Assembly: GCA_030704615.1 (NCBI GenBank)
Contig: CM060731.1
Location: 20,708,001 to 20,772,000 of the forward strand
Reading direction: 5' to 3'
Source of the DNA: Takakia lepidozioides
Taxonomy: Eukaryota; Plantae; Bryophyta
Length of the DNA: 64,000 nucleotides
Part shown: one piece after another, positions 37,486 through 51,525 of the stretch
How the letters are laid out: every line of letters begins with the position of its first letter
Position numbering within the stretch: the first letter of the stretch is position 1
Program-made: the position numbers and the translations under genes
The notes under the pieces: generated by a model
Database searches by the model: none
The model's input: only the letters and a program-made list of their open reading frames with translations
What the model was told of the DNA's origin: nothing

Positions 37486-38155
37486 CCCTTTATAACACCC
37501 GGATACTTAATGTGTGGGTAGTTGCTAGGACTTTCCGAGTCCTTCATTGGGGAGGTTTGGGCAACTGGGTTATGGTCATTAAACGGTGAACATCTTCTCA
37601 ATAGAAGGGTAATAGCCAAGGGACTCTATAATTTACTTTGATATCTTCTTGATTTGAATTCTAGAAGTTGGATTGGATCAATAAGCCCATTCCCAAACCT
37701 TGCCAAGGAGTTTTGGCCTAGCTTTATATTCCAGAAAAAAACCAATTTTATATCTCCCATGAATTTACAATGACGAACAATTCAAGCATAATCCTCCATG
37801 CCTTCCTAGCCTCATCCACAAATATCCTGAACATAATAGATCTTAAGCAAGGAAGAGAAATATCAAACACGAATGAACACCTTCCATAACTGGCAGAGAG
37901 TATGAATGAACTCTCAACGTGGCCCAGATTGGACAAGATTACCATATGCTACCAGCATGGAGATTAAGCAAAAGCAAGGGGGAGTCACAAAGGGGACTTG
38001 GATGCCAAATGGAGTAGTGGAGGTCCTCTATACTCGTGGAGCAAAAGGGCATTGCATGATAGTATGTTCAATCATTTCCAATGGCCTGTCCGCGCAGTTA
38101 GGAGAAAGATTGTCATCTGATTTTAAAAAAACTCCCAAAGGGTGAATCTTTTAAA

Positions 38156-38833
38156 CCCTTAAACGCCCACCAGGCCCATTTTGGGCTTTTCATATTGGTT
38201 TTCTTAAAATATCTTTGGTAGATCTAATTGCACAAATCTGCCCTTTGAGTATGCTCATACTAGCCACCTGGCAGCATAGGCTACGCATGCCCATCTCTCA
38301 ATTTATTTTAGGGTTCCACAAAAAGGACGGTAGTGGCCAAGGGGATGTGCTTAGGAATTACCTCCCTTGAAGGTTGCTCTTTAGTTTTCCCACTCTCTTC
38401 TTTGAGTTGTGGTTGTGTTGTGTAGGGACCCACATGCAAGATGCTTGGTGCGTTGAGCATGTGCCCCATCTTGTATATGTATCCAAGTCGGCTCATGTTT
38501 AGTTTGTCAGATGTTGCAATAACAAGGAAAAAGACGTTTCATGGAAAAAGGATTTGAACCCGTCACTGAAAAATAAAAATAACTAGCTGGAAATTGAATG
38601 TTTTTCACAGAGCCCCAAAATAGGTCAGAGTTTCAACGATGCAAAATTGTTGGATATGGTCGTATTTGCTTGAATTTATGTCAGGGTGTGCAGTAGAGAA
38701 GTACCTAGTGGCCGCCATAGAACGTCCGGTCATTTTTTTTAAATTTGGATTTTTCCAAATTTTACAACAATTCTTGGAGTGAGGGGTCAGGTTTTTTAAA
38801 AAAAAACAAGCATGACATGTTGGTGTTTAAGGG
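38156..38833. mobile_element. Second piggyBac-like MITE candidate
   Basis: CCCTTAAACGCC ... GGTGTTTAAGGG termini (11/12). Flanks TAAA / TTGC, so the TSD is eroded. Confidence 0.5.
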
Positions 38834-40111
38834 TTGCAATTCCCAGAAAAATGTGCTAACCTAGGCTAATCTGTGTTTTCTCCACACATCATACCAAACA
38901 TGTAGACGAAATGCATGCGTAGAGGGGCGGCCAATCACGTTCCATTTGCCCAAACACTTAAACTTTATCTGATAAAAGAGTAGCCCAATTTTGCCGAAAA
39001 TCCAAAGAAAAGGGTGTGACGAGCGTCCATCCATACCCACTCTCCTGGATCGAATTGCAGCTTCATAGGGGAAGTCCAAGGTTGAACCAACAGAAGGATG
39101 AGGCTTTTGCACACATTAAGAGCAGATCTGGATCAGGGGAGATCGGGTCACAGAGTCCTGACTTCTATCGTAAAATCTGATATTGAATAGGGAGGAGATA
39201 GATTCAGAAACCATGCCCGAGTAGGAAAGGTCACCCCTAGGCCCGGCCGAGAAACCGCATGATGAACCACATGAATACCAAGCTCAAGGAGCAGCTGAAT
39301 TTTGATCCGCTTAGGAATATTGAAAGATAGTTCTTTCAGACTTTTTATGCAAGTTTCATGTTTGTTTGCTCTCATAGCTTTCAATTGTGCAAGTTTGTTA
39401 TGCTTGAGTATTGTATTTGCTTACTGGTTCTTCGGTACACGAAGAGACTACGCCTCACTTTCGAATCTAGGTTGATAATGTTCTATCTAAATCTCTAAGT
39501 AACATGATTGTACCATTAGTGATACGTTTCCTCCATCGAAGTGCTTTCACAGGTTGGTGTCGCCACCGTAACTCTTTGCTCTCCTGCTGTCCCCCTTGTG
39601 TTTTCTTTCTGCTACACACCATGAAGTAGCACTCCCAGTGTGCGTATTCAGAGTTCTCATTTTTATCATTTCTTGTTGTCTTTGCTGTTATTGGCTTTCT
39701 CTTCAGATTCTCTTGGCGGCGTGGTAGAAGTCCTTCCTCATTTTGTCTTTAGGGTTCACTATACATACTGTCTTTTTTCTTGCAGCACTGTTGCTGATCT
39801 CGCCGGCCTCTTTTATCACTTGCCTTCGGGGTTGAGGCTGCATTTCGAAAAAATCCAAAGGAAACGTCTGAACAATGGATCAACAACGAAGGTCGTGTGG
39901 GTAGTATGCTTGGCCTTTGGAGGCCATGGAGACAGTCAGGAAAGTCAAGTTTCCAGAAGCTAAGGTGGCTACAAGCAATAAAGCTGGATGGCTATAATCA
40001 TTCATAGTGATTCATGCTTTGGAGTTTTGGTGTTTGTAGTGAGTCGACTAGTAATGCCATACAAGAGAACTAATCATGCATTAGAAATGCACAAACGATG
40101 AAAGACATGCC

Positions 40112-40326
40112 ATGAAACAAAATGAAATGAAAATGAATGAAATGAAACAAAATGGTACTTTATTACATCTGCGGAAAGCTCAAAGAGCTTATGGGACAAC
40201 TAAAAAGCAGCCCAAAAGCTACTGCTGCTCTGGGGATTGCCTAAGGATCAAGGCCTCGTGCAAGTAAGCTGCCAAGCAGTTCTGATCCTCATAATGCAAG
40301 ACTTCAGTGAGTTCCACGGAATAGAC
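40112..40326 (-). mobile_element. (CATTT)n-tailed LINE 3' end, copy 2
   Basis: Homologous to 4881-5135 (gcggaaagctca.agagcttatgggacaa; gcctcgtgca.gta.gctgccaa). Confidence 0.8.
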
Positions 40327-41410
40327 CATCTACCCATGGAGGTTTCTTGTAGTTATTGATCCACAGGGAATCATAGGTAATCTTGTGCTTGAAATTTGGC
40401 CTTCTAGGATGAATCTGGACCACACTCTATCCCTGCTCCTTCAGCTATCCATGCCCCCTGCACAAATCATGCATTCATCCTTGCCTTGCTAATAGTAGCT
40501 GACAATGACAACCTACATTTGTTCTAGGAAACACCCAACTCAGCTTATCACACTAGTTCCTATGCTCAATTGCGTCTGCTACTCTCTGAAATGTAGCAGG
40601 CATTCATCTTTTTGCCTCGGTTGTCCCATCATTGACTGGGGGCAGAAAAGTATTCATTCCACAGCTTCTCCTCATGTCTGTTACTTGTTTTTTGATACTT
40701 TCATGTTGTCACATAGCAATATCATGTCAAAGTCACTCCAAAATAGATTCACTCAACCAGCTAACTTGCAGAATTCAACATGGAAATTTTGGGCTGATTC
40801 TGATAAGAGGGAAAAACAGGGTGAAATGTGCTAAAGAAGATGCATTCATTAACAATGTCTGATTTTATCAATTGTGCCATTGCTGCCAGTTGACCATCTA
40901 CCCATGCAGGTTTCTTGTAGCTTCATAGTTAATCTGGAGCTTGAAGTCCGGCCCTCTTGGGTGAATCTGCTCCCACACTCTATCCTTGCTCCTTTAGCTA
41001 TCCATGCCTCGCACGAATCATGCATACAACCTTGCCTTGTTGCTAGCAGTTGACGATGACAGCCTAGACTTGTTCTGAGAAGCACCCAACTCAACTTATC
41101 ACACTAGTTCCTACGCTCAATTGCATCTGCTACTCTCTATAATCCAACAAACATTCACCTTCTTGCCTCGATTGTCCCACCATTGATTGGGGTCAGAAAA
41201 GTATTCATTCCACAACTTCTCCTTGTCTGTGTTACCTGTTTCTGATACTTTCTTGTTGTCACATTAGCAGAATCATGTCAAAGTCACTCCAAACTATCAA
41301 AGCTTCACTCAACCAGCTAACTTACAGAATTCAGACATGAATAATTAGGGGCGATTATGATAAGAGGGGAAAACAAGGTGAAATTGAAGAAGATGCCTTC
41401 ATTAGCAGTC
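40324..41410. repeat. Diverged direct tandem duplication (~550-bp unit)
   Basis: 40324-40850 aligns with 40892-41410 (gaccatctacccatg, cttatcacactagttccta, cagaaaagtattcattccaca, atcatgtcaaagtcactccaaa). Confidence 0.85.
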
Positions 41411-41418
41411 ATTACACT

Positions 41419-44400
41419 CTATCCTTCGCTCAGCCATATTGTTGAACATTCCCTGTCCACAAGGGTATTGTTCAGAATGACATCTGCCACAATTCCAGCT
41501 TTGACGATGCAACCATGGACCTCTTTGCCCTTCCCCAACAGGCTCGCACATGCACTACAAACGCAAACAAAACTGGTTGTGGCAAACTGGGAGCAATATG
41601 TGTCAGAAGAAACCACTGATACAAATTTACAGCTTAAAGGCTGTCTCTATCCTCAAAATTGGCAGCACATCACCCACTGCTATGACATATATTGCCCTAG
41701 ACACACATTGCTCTAACTGCCATCCCCCAAGATGCTACCCCCACCAGACTTCTCTCACTTGGGTCCTTGCAAGGCTGACTTCCAGCTTTGACTCTGTGCG
41801 TGGGGCCTATCGGCCAACATACACCAGCAAGCCCTCCCCCTATCCTGCATCAATTCATCTCAGTCTTATCAACTGCACAACATGTGATGGGAGTGAGTGC
41901 AACATGGGAAAGAGCCACAACACATGATGAGTTGTAGGGAAGAAGCAACATCGTGCAAGTAAAGCAAATGATGAAGCAGAAAGACGAGGCAACATGGGAG
42001 AAGGGAAAATGGGGTCCAAGGGCTGAAAGGTCAACTGGTCAACAATGAAGAACTGGCTCTGGAGCACTATGTTGATGATTAAAGGGAGCAGTAAATACAT
42101 GTGGGGCATCGCAGCAAAGTGCATGCCAACGAGGGTCAGAATAGTGCAAGAAAGACTCCACGGATGGTGGGCAGCCAAGGGAGATGCAGTGAAGCAAGGC
42201 ACTCATGGCAAAGGAGCTGCCAAGACAAAACAATTGATTAAGCTACGGAGAAAAATGAAAGCACAAGATCAACTACGAGGAAAAGTAGCAATTCAGGCAT
42301 GGGAGCTGCTGCTAAAACATGAGGAGGAAGACATATGAGGTGAAGCATCAAGGGAACCAGTAGAAGATGAGGAAGATGGAGCACACTTTCCTGTCAAAGG
42401 TTGGCGGTCGAAGAATGCAACCCAGCAATCAGAAAGTGAGGCACCCGAGGCTGGACTGCTGCAAAGAGGTACAAAGACAGGAGCTGAGAATGAGATGTTG
42501 CATTTCGTTGAAGTTCCCCACACAAGGGTTGTTTGGCAAGCAAAACCCCAGGCAAGGATGAGAGGTGAATCTGGGATAAAACCAGCAGTTGGAAGTGAGG
42601 AAAGACACAAGGAAGGGCAACAATATCTTGTCAAATCTAAGGGTGATGGCTGAAGAAAATTAAACAAGGACTGGAAGTATGGGAGCAGCAATCGCATGAA
42701 GAAAAATCTGCCTGAGAGGCTGAAGAGTGAAAGGGAGGAAGACAGGCACCTCGCTTATGAAAAGTGGAAGGGCAGGGTAGAAAACCTGATGCCTGAAACT
42801 GATGGGAGCTCGTGGGAGACTCTGCCAAGAAGACTCCAATCAGCTGCTGCCAACAATCGGACCAGTGAAAGATCGCCCTTGGCTAGCGCAACACCACGAA
42901 ATAAATGCAGCCCTGATAGCATGGTGAGTGGGGCACCAACAGAGCCAGAAAATGAGGGAGAAGGAGGAGACTTCCTTGCCAAGAAAGTCAATGATGGGCC
43001 TGCAGCGGCATGCAAGGAAAGGGACACCGTAAGTGTTGCCAACAGATGCAAATCAGTGCTCATTCATTCGAAAGCACCACGGGAGATGAAGGAAAAGACA
43101 CCTGCAGGGACGTTGAAGCATAAAAGAGGAGAGCACTTCACTTAGGAAGAAAGTGAAGCATTGGAGAACGAGGCTGATGACTGGCAGTCTGAAAAGAAAA
43201 GGCGGTTGTGGGAAACCCTGCCAAGACAACCATATGGAGAGAATCAAGCAGGTGGGAACTGCCCTTCATTGGGGTGGTGCAAACAAGAGAAAGACCAGAA
43301 GCTGAACTACTTGAGAAGATAGTGTGTCATCACAGATGGAGACCCTGGAAAATGCTCTGCCCAGGAGATGAAGAACATTAGGCAACTAGAAACGTGGGGG
43401 GCTGAATATGCTCTGTAGTCAACTTGGCTTGTTGAATGCTTGCATAAGAGATGAGGGGTTGCTGTCAGTACACGGCATTGAGTTAATCAAATCCTACAAT
43501 AGCCCACCATAACTACCCACTGCTTACAAACTGCCACAAAAACAGTTTCACATGACTTACAGATGATTGGTGGAAAGCAAGGCCCCTCGCCATCCAGATT
43601 AATTGTATGTTGCAGCCCAAAACAACGACAGTAGGGTAGCAAACCCCATCTTGGCAGCGTCTTTTGTGTGAGAGAAGTCAAGCTGAACCTGCTCATCATA
43701 TCGAGTGGGATGGACCAGATGTAAAGCTGCCAAGCCAACCACACTCATATTCGCACTCAAGCAACATAAGCTGGAGCCATTTTCAGATTATGAGTACCCT
43801 TGTTTTAAGAATACTCCTTCTTCAACTTGCGGTGAACGGGCAAAAAACTTCACAATGTGCAACAGATTAATGGACCAAGATGTGGAGCTGAATTGGGTAT
43901 CCAGTTGGGCAATGCTGGTTTCAAAACCCCGTTCCATCCCTGCATTTCGAAGATCTGGCTTGAATGGGCACACTCCGGCAGTGGAAGGCTCATGGAGTAA
44001 TGAGTTTGGGCTGATATGCATGCTGACATGCCATGCCGGTGCAAAGAACAACGTTCTGAGTGGTGATTGAGATCTCAAAATCTGCCCCTGCATTCAAGCT
44101 GATTTCTCTCTCGAGCAGAGCCGCTTTGTGGATGTTCCAGCTAGTGTCCAAAAACAGCTTAAGTGCAAGACAACAACATCAGCAAGGCATGGTTAGCTAA
44201 GCAAGGTCATGGTGGAGAGGCATTTGAACTCTCTGAACGTAATGTGGTCGGACCCCTCCCACATCAACTGCTCATAGGTCTCCAAAACCTGCAATCCCCG
44301 CCCATGTTGTGCATGTCTTGCGATCATCACTTTCCACGACACCACATTTTGCTCAGCCATATTGTTGAACACTCCCTATCCAAAAGGGTATTCATGTTCA

Positions 44401-45086
44401 GAATGATATCTACCACAATTCCATCTTTGACGATGCAACCATGGACCTCTTCGCCCTTCTCCAACAGGCTCGTACATGCACTACAAACACAAACAAACGT
44501 AATGTGCTCGGGCTTCACCCCCTAGACCCACATCATTTGCTCATAGGTCTCCAAAACCCGCAATCCCCGCCCATGTTGTGCATGTCCTGCGATCATCACG
44601 TTCCACCACACCACATTTCACTTAGCCATATTGTTGAACACTCATTGTCCACAAGAGAATGCTCCCACGTTTGGCATACATGTCGACAAGGTATTGTTAC
44701 ATCTGGTACAGTTCTAGCTTTGACGATGTCATGATGGACCTCTTTGCCCTTTACCAAGTCTCCAGGGCTGCCAGGTTTGCACATGCATTGCAAACACAAA
44801 TGAACGTGACCCAGTCAGGCTGCACCCATTCTCGCAACATTTGCTCATATGTCTCCAATGCCCTCATCCCGCACACATGCTGGCCATATCTTGCGAGATT
44901 CAGCGTGTTCCTTGAGACAACATCTCGTTCAGCCATGTTATCAAACTCTCCCTTCGCAACTTCATAGGTCTCCAAAGCCTCCATCCCACGTCCCTGTTGT
45001 GCATACCCTGCAAGCATCGCACTCCACGACACTACATCTCGGCAAAACAGGCTGAAATAGCTCGAAGAAGACGCTGCCCTCACCAC
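41419..45086 (-). pseudogene. Fragmented PLS-class PPR pseudogene(s): pieces at 41419-41600 and 44250-45050, plus an inverted piece at ~44180-44240
   Basis: DVVSWSAMLAGYAQQGRGMEALETY, VQPDWVTFICVCNACANLAALE, GKEVHGCIVKAGIVADVILNNTLVD. Many frameshifts and repeated blocks. Confidence 0.85.
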
Positions 45087-46639
45087 ATTGTCCTCTACCT
45101 TGTGTCATGACCCATTGCAGATTAGATTGACCATGAACCCAAGAAGTCTTGTGCGTGCTGCTTGTATCTGTAGTCAGGTAATGTGGGATTGGTTTGTAAG
45201 AACCACCACGGTGCAACTGAGCGGGCAGAGATTAAAATATGGGCTGCTAAGACCAAGCTGATTCCCCCAAGAACCTTGTGATCATCAGGAAGAATACCAA
45301 ATCATGGTACAAAGGGGAGCCAAGAGCCATATTTGCACATAATGCGCCCTTTGACGCCATAAACGTTTGCAACAACAGGACATGGGCCTAGATTTGGTCT
45401 TCGTCCTTCTCGCATCACTTGCTCGTCTCTCTCTCAAGCCTCCATCCCTCTCCCAACACTTAGACAAATTCAGGCAAATGACAAAGTTACTCTTCCACCC
45501 TTAAATCATTTTACATCCGACGATTAGAACAATCTCTACGAGCCACACAAGCCCTAAAATACATTAAAATATTCCACGTCATGAGCCATGTGGAGCACTT
45601 ATAAAAATTCCATTTTTGAATAGGGTGTGCAATGAATGCCTAGTTGTTAAGAGTCGTTCTCTAGTGCTTAAAACCACTTGTAATTGCTGTTTTTAAAAAA
45701 AAAACAATTTACGTAATTGAATTAAATTGCCACAAATATTGCGCCGACTGCGGAGTCATTGATGCAACTTCTATCCGCCATTAGTTCTGGATGGGCTACT
45801 CCACTCTAGAGCAGCATGCTATTGACTCCGCGCAGCTACCCTTCATCACAGAAGAACGCTCCGGCTTGGGGGACATTGTCTTTCTAGTGAAAGCGAAGGT
45901 CGGGAAGGCTGGTTCCGAGCAAGCTTGCATTTTCCCCAGGAGTTGTCGAAATCTTTGAGTAGCTTCCTCCCTGTAACTTTGGGAATAGCTGCACAAACAA
46001 TCCCCCGTGCTTTCCTCCGGCCCTCAGTCAGCAGATCAAATATGTATGAAACAAAATTGACCTGCCCCTGGGAGGCTTTCCCTCATATACCCAAGTATAT
46101 CTATCTTTCCATAAGTTCCTTTGTGTATGGGCTCTGAGTGCTGCCCAAACCGGGCAGGCACTTTGAGATTGACCTGGCAAGCAGTTAAGAAGCAACAATG
46201 AAGGAGGAGGTGGAGAGGGTGGAATATTATATTTATTCATTAATCTATATTTCTAGATAGTAAATCCAGAACAAAAATTACATTATTACACGTGGAGCAG
46301 CAAGTGGTTTCAACCACTTCCCATCACTGAGGTGTCTTTAACCACTAACGGTCTACCACTGTACCCATCCCCGTGGAATATCATATTTATTAACAGCAAT
46401 GTATTACCAAATAATAAATCAGAAATAAAAATACAATATTACACGTGGAGTACTAAGTGATCGGAACCACTTCCAACCACTCCATTTCATGCCACCGTGG
46501 CATTTCATCAGGATTAACCACCGGCCAGTGGTTACCATTGCTGGGGAGTTGTTTATAGAGTGGTTAAAAGGGCCAGTGGTTATTTCGCGTTTTCCTTCTA
46601 GTGCTTGTAGGCAACTCAGCACCAGATTAACTATCACTA

Positions 46640-46985
46640 TCATATCATGAGGAACGTGAAGGTAAGTTGCTTAAGAGAATTGCCTTAGAAGGTCGAATTT
46701 CTGCTGTGGAGGTTCCTAAGTTCAATATCATCATTGCTAGAACTTCATCACTCTTCCGTTTATGCTAGTCACATGGGGATTACTCGTACCTTGAAACGTC
46801 TACAGGAGAATTACTGCTGGAAGGGAATGGTCAGAGATGTCACTGAATTCATTGCCAGTTGTGTTGAATGCCATGCTAAAACCCTGCTACCTAGAGCCCG
46901 TCATTCACTTGCTTTGTAATCCAGTCCGATGACTAAATCTTTGCCAGAGTGGATTTAGACCTTGTTGGGCCACTCCATCTTATGA
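46640..46985 (+). mobile_element. Ty3/gypsy integrase fragment (HHCC zinc-binding region)
   Basis: HHSSVYASHMGITRTLKRLQENYCWKGMVRDVTEFIASCVEC, followed by a DLVGPL-like motif. Confidence 0.85.
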
Positions 46986-47929
46986 TCAAGGGACATTGCG
47001 ACTGTCAAGTTAAATAAGCACAGTGTGAAACTAACTAGAATAAAGCTAGTTATTTGTATTTAACACTTGGATTTAGGTCAAGTGTTAAATCAGGTGTCAA
47101 GTTTAGTTTGACACCTGAACTGTCTTATCTTCACGAGAGCGTCAGTCGCGCAGCTCATCTCTCTCGAGTCGAGTCTGCGCGACCGAGCTCCTGCATCGTT
47201 TAGGACTGAGTGTGCTTATGATGGGAGTATAGGTTGTTGTGGGGTGGAGTCCCCATAGCTTGGGGTGCCCCTGGCTCGACTTCTGTTTTAACGAGTGATA
47301 GCGATGGATTTCATGTTGTTTCTGGTGTGAACAGTGTGTCTCTTAGCTTGTTCTATCACTCAAGCGAGATGAGCTCTTACCTGTAAGTGCAAGGTAGGAG
47401 TTGAGGGTTAGCACTTGTATGATTACATGTGTGAGAGTAGTGCTTAGTTTAAGAAGCTTAAATATATATATATATATATATATGCAGGTTTCGATCAGCG
47501 TTGGTTCTGGCATGAGGCCGCCGGGCAGGACGGAGCTACACTGCATGGAAGCAGCCTTCGTTTTGGTCAGTGAGGAGACATCATGGAGTAGCAACAATTG
47601 GCCGTTGGGAAACTGACCAAGTGCGAGACTTAAAGGGGTACCTGTGATTGAGCAGATGGGTAGAACTTCCGTGCTTGGAGATGGCCGGGCTGCTCGCCTT
47701 AGTTCGATGTGCACAGACCAGAAGCGGTCAGGAAAGGCAGCGGAAGAGCAGGTGGAGCTGGTGTAGTGGAGCCAGTTGAAGGAGGAGCTGTAAATCCGCC
47801 CCCTCCAGTAAATGCAGCGCCAGCAGGTAGAGCACGGCGCAGCGAGCTGGTTGAAGGTGAAGGCCCCGAGAGAGAAAGTCTAGCAGCAAAGCGATGGAGA
47901 ACGGGGAGCCCATTGCTGGCATATCATCA

Positions 47930-48560
47930 ACACTGCAAAACCAGGAGTCTCACAAATCTTCATGCTACTTGTGATTGTGGCTGGGAAAGCTGCTTTCACC
48001 TGGTCGATTATCTGCATAAGCAACCAGCTTCCTGACAAAAAAGGTTGTTGGGGGCATTGTTGATTTCGGGGAGTGCCAGGTGCAAAGTCGTTTTTAAGTG
48101 CTTTAGGTTTGTACAAAGCCAAGTAGCTGTTGCTACCTTGCACCTTGGTTCCACCATTTTGAGGTGGAAACTGGTGGAAAGTCGAATGGTGGTTCACAAC
48201 CCAGCTTTCAACTCAGCACACTGCCCGAGTCCAAGTTTGTCACCATATATCTGACACTGCTCCTCCGTCCCGCCAATGGTTCTGATTGTTGAAAGATAAG
48301 TTCTTCCTTTAAGACCAAGTCCTCACAAGTCCTCCTGACTTGGTGCAGGATTGTGGCGATACAGGTCAAGGGAGCTCCAGCTCTACTTGTCTCATCATTG
48401 AACACTTCCAACTGATCACTTGCCTCTACTGTCATTTCGGCGTCAAGGGTACTTACTTCTGCACAGGTGCTGGTCCTGGGAGTCTTAGTGCGAGATACCA
48501 CATTCATTTAATTGGTGCAGGAATATGAGCTCTATCAGCTTCTGAACTCCAGACTTTCCT
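47930..48560 (-). mobile_element. Degenerate gypsy pol (RNase H-integrase) remnant
   Basis: TIRLSTSFH/PQNGG across a frameshift resembles the integrase S(T/S)xxHPQTDG motif. Confidence 0.5.
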
Positions 48561-50488
48561 GATTATCCCTTTGTCTGGTGTATGGGATGAACCCGTCTGA
48601 AAACACCAACGATCAGCAAGGTGACCCGAACTGGACAACAGAGAACTGGGACAACCCAGGTGCAGTTGGTGGCCTTGACCAGACCTCAAGGCCGTACTCA
48701 TCCAACCGGTTAGAGTGGAAGATGGGAGCTGTGATGGTATTCATAGTATTCATGCAGCTGCCTTGGTGGGGACAGTGAATGCGAGACTGGCAGCTCAACT
48801 GGGCATTGGGATCGTAATTCAGTAGCAAGCTGATTGGAGTTAAAGAGGTTTGGTCATGCCAGTGTCCGAGCAGCCAGTGAATCTTGGGTCAGATTTTTGA
48901 AGGTATGTTGCATTGCAGTAGGCAGTGTTCCAGGGATTCTGAAACCCCAAGCGAGCAGCATGTGCAGAGCAGTGCACGGGTGAATTGAAGCCAACGCCCT
49001 ACCTTTAGAATTCTATTTGTGATCTGCCAGAGAAAGACAGCCAGCTTTGCATGATGTTTGATTGAGGGCAGCAGTGCATAGCGAGGCCAGTGATTTGAAT
49101 GCCGCTGAAATCTGTCACGGAAATGACCTGATTAGGTTTGGCTGAGCATGTAACCAAGTGTCGGGCAATGGAGGCAACGGCCCTTGCTGGAGGATGCATC
49201 TCCAAGATGTAGGGATGGTCTGGATGATGCTGGCATAACCTGCATTTCCTCTGGCTGCTCCTACAATCTGGTTTATGTGCCACTGGCACTATAGTGCTGA
49301 GCCCGATCAGATATTTCCGATCTGGTGCTTTCCGGGGTTGCATTGTAAGTGTTCCTGCTTTTGTTGGGAATATTGGTGCAAATGATTAAGGCTCAGCATA
49401 GCTACGGATCTCGACTGGAGGAGAGTCAGTCACTGGGAACTAGGGAACAAGAAACCAGGGAACAGGGAACCAAGACAAGTATTGAAAATAGAGTTTTCCT
49501 TGTATTTGTTTTGTCTTATATTTTTTATTTTAAAAAAAAAAATGTGTTATGTTTAAAGAGCCTGGTTGGTCATATCTTTGTCAAATGAGCTCCGTTTGAC
49601 TCAGTTCTTGAGAGGATAGCTGCAGAAAGGGGATATCTACCTATGTAGACCTGATTTTTGTTTTTGGGACTCTGCTAAAAATCTATGGAATTTTTAGAGT
49701 GTGAGTGTGCCATGAAAGATCCACAATTCTGTTTCTAGAACCTGTTCTGGTCTATATGAGAGACAAATATGTGGATGTTCTCCTTGTATGGCTGGGGGAA
49801 ATGAGGACATAATTGAAGGGCAGGTCTCGTCTCTTAGCCTGTGCACACAAGGGGACATGATTTATGTTTCCCAAGGAACTCAGACTGATTTGAGTGGAGA
49901 ACAGTTGGATGAGTTGATTGCATACTGGGAATCGGACATTAGCAGTAGACAACAAACTGCTGTAGTTGGCATTGAGGGCCTCAATGTTGCTTTGGATAGT
50001 CAGAACTTTGTTGGAGCCAGCAGTTCTGTAGCTGTAGGTGAAATACCAAAGTGGGTGAAAGCTAGGCTTGGAACACAACCAAAGACAGCCCAAGGGACCA
50101 AGGTGTTCAGCCACAAGGCCATGGTGTACTGGAGCAGAGGAGCAGGAGCTGCACAAGTTTGTGCAATCAGACATGGTTGCAGCCGGATACGCTCTGCACA
50201 AGGCAACCACGAGCGGGGGTTCATTAGCAATGACAAGTTTGTTTTGCTTGAAGGAGATGCAGTCATTCGCAATGAGGACACCCACAATCGTCTCAAAGCT
50301 TTCGAGTTGAGAGACTATCAGACCCTACCTTTGTTTTCTTTAGTTTTCAGTGAGCGGGAGATAGGGGAGTATTGCTTTGTCTCTACCTGGCAGAAAGAGG
50401 AGGAGGGTTGGTTAGAGCGAGCTACTGTAGCTTGGGACAAGGTTAGTGGCAGGTTTCTGGACATAGATATACCTCCTACACCTTACCA

Positions 50489-51100
50489 TCATGCAGAGCG
50501 AGGCACTTTGAGACCAATGGGAGTAAAAGGACGAGACCAATCCCTAGATCCTTCTGGGTAGATCCTCGATAGATTACAAGTGACCAGGCAGTGTTCTATG
50601 GTTTCTGGAGCTGTTTGGCAGATTGTGCAAGTAGGTGTGTCCTCATGCATTGCTTGTCTTACTGGCATAATTCTGTAAGCCAACTTCCACAAAAAAGCTG
50701 ACACTTTAGCTGCATGATCTTTTCTCCAGATCTCTTTCTAGATTGAATCCCAGTTGCCCTGAGTAAAAAGAGAGCCCCATTTCATAGACCATTTCCTCAA
50801 GAATGAGCAGGCTGGTTTCAGAATGGTGTACCCCAGCTTAACTGAATAAGCAAAGAAAGGGCAGTGAGCTGTGTCCATCCAGCTCCACTCCCCTGGGTCA
50901 AACTATAGATCCTGCAATGGGGCAGATAGGAACCAAGACAAATCCACATGATAAGCCCATTGCATAGCCTATCCCTCCGGTGGCAGTGGATTTCTGGTGT
51001 TTGGCCATGTTATCCATTGCAGGAAGGGCCCTGGTGGTCAATAAGGGGCTAGAGGGCTCAATCTGGGTCTTGACCAAAACATATATGAGTGACCCGCTCA
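50489..51100 (-). mobile_element. L1-type LINE fragment (zf-RVT region)
   Basis: SAFLWKLAYRIMPV...CTICQTAPETIEHCLVTC. Confidence 0.8.
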
Positions 51101-51525
51101 CTAATCAGGTCCCTTAATTACAATGAGAGGAAACATAAACCTCTGTGACTGACGTCCAATCTAAACCCCCCCATGAGACTCAGCCCAAGGAATTGGGATT
51201 GAGACAACAGTGCTCAATATTACAGATTTGAACCATGTATCATTTGTGGCTCTTCAACTAGGCCACTACAAAACAAATTAGTTACTGAAGATTATAGGTA
51301 AATTAGTTTACTTTTCCCACTTCTTTTATCTACCTCCGTCCCTACTATAAAATGATCTCCTATCTTTTTTTCCCTAGGCTTTTTCCCTCATAAATAGCTA
51401 ACTGCAAATAGTATTTATTAAAATTTTAACCAAAAAACTGCGCACATGCTTTAGTACAATTCAATTAACTTAGCAATGGAGGTTGTTTTTCAAAAACTAA
51501 CAGTAGTTCTCTACAGAGTCAGATC

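Noticed and set aside
41650-44100. ORFs of 100-150 aa between the PPR fragments
   Set aside because: No recognisable domain and frequent stops in flanking frames. Probably decayed retroelement or pseudogene sequence.
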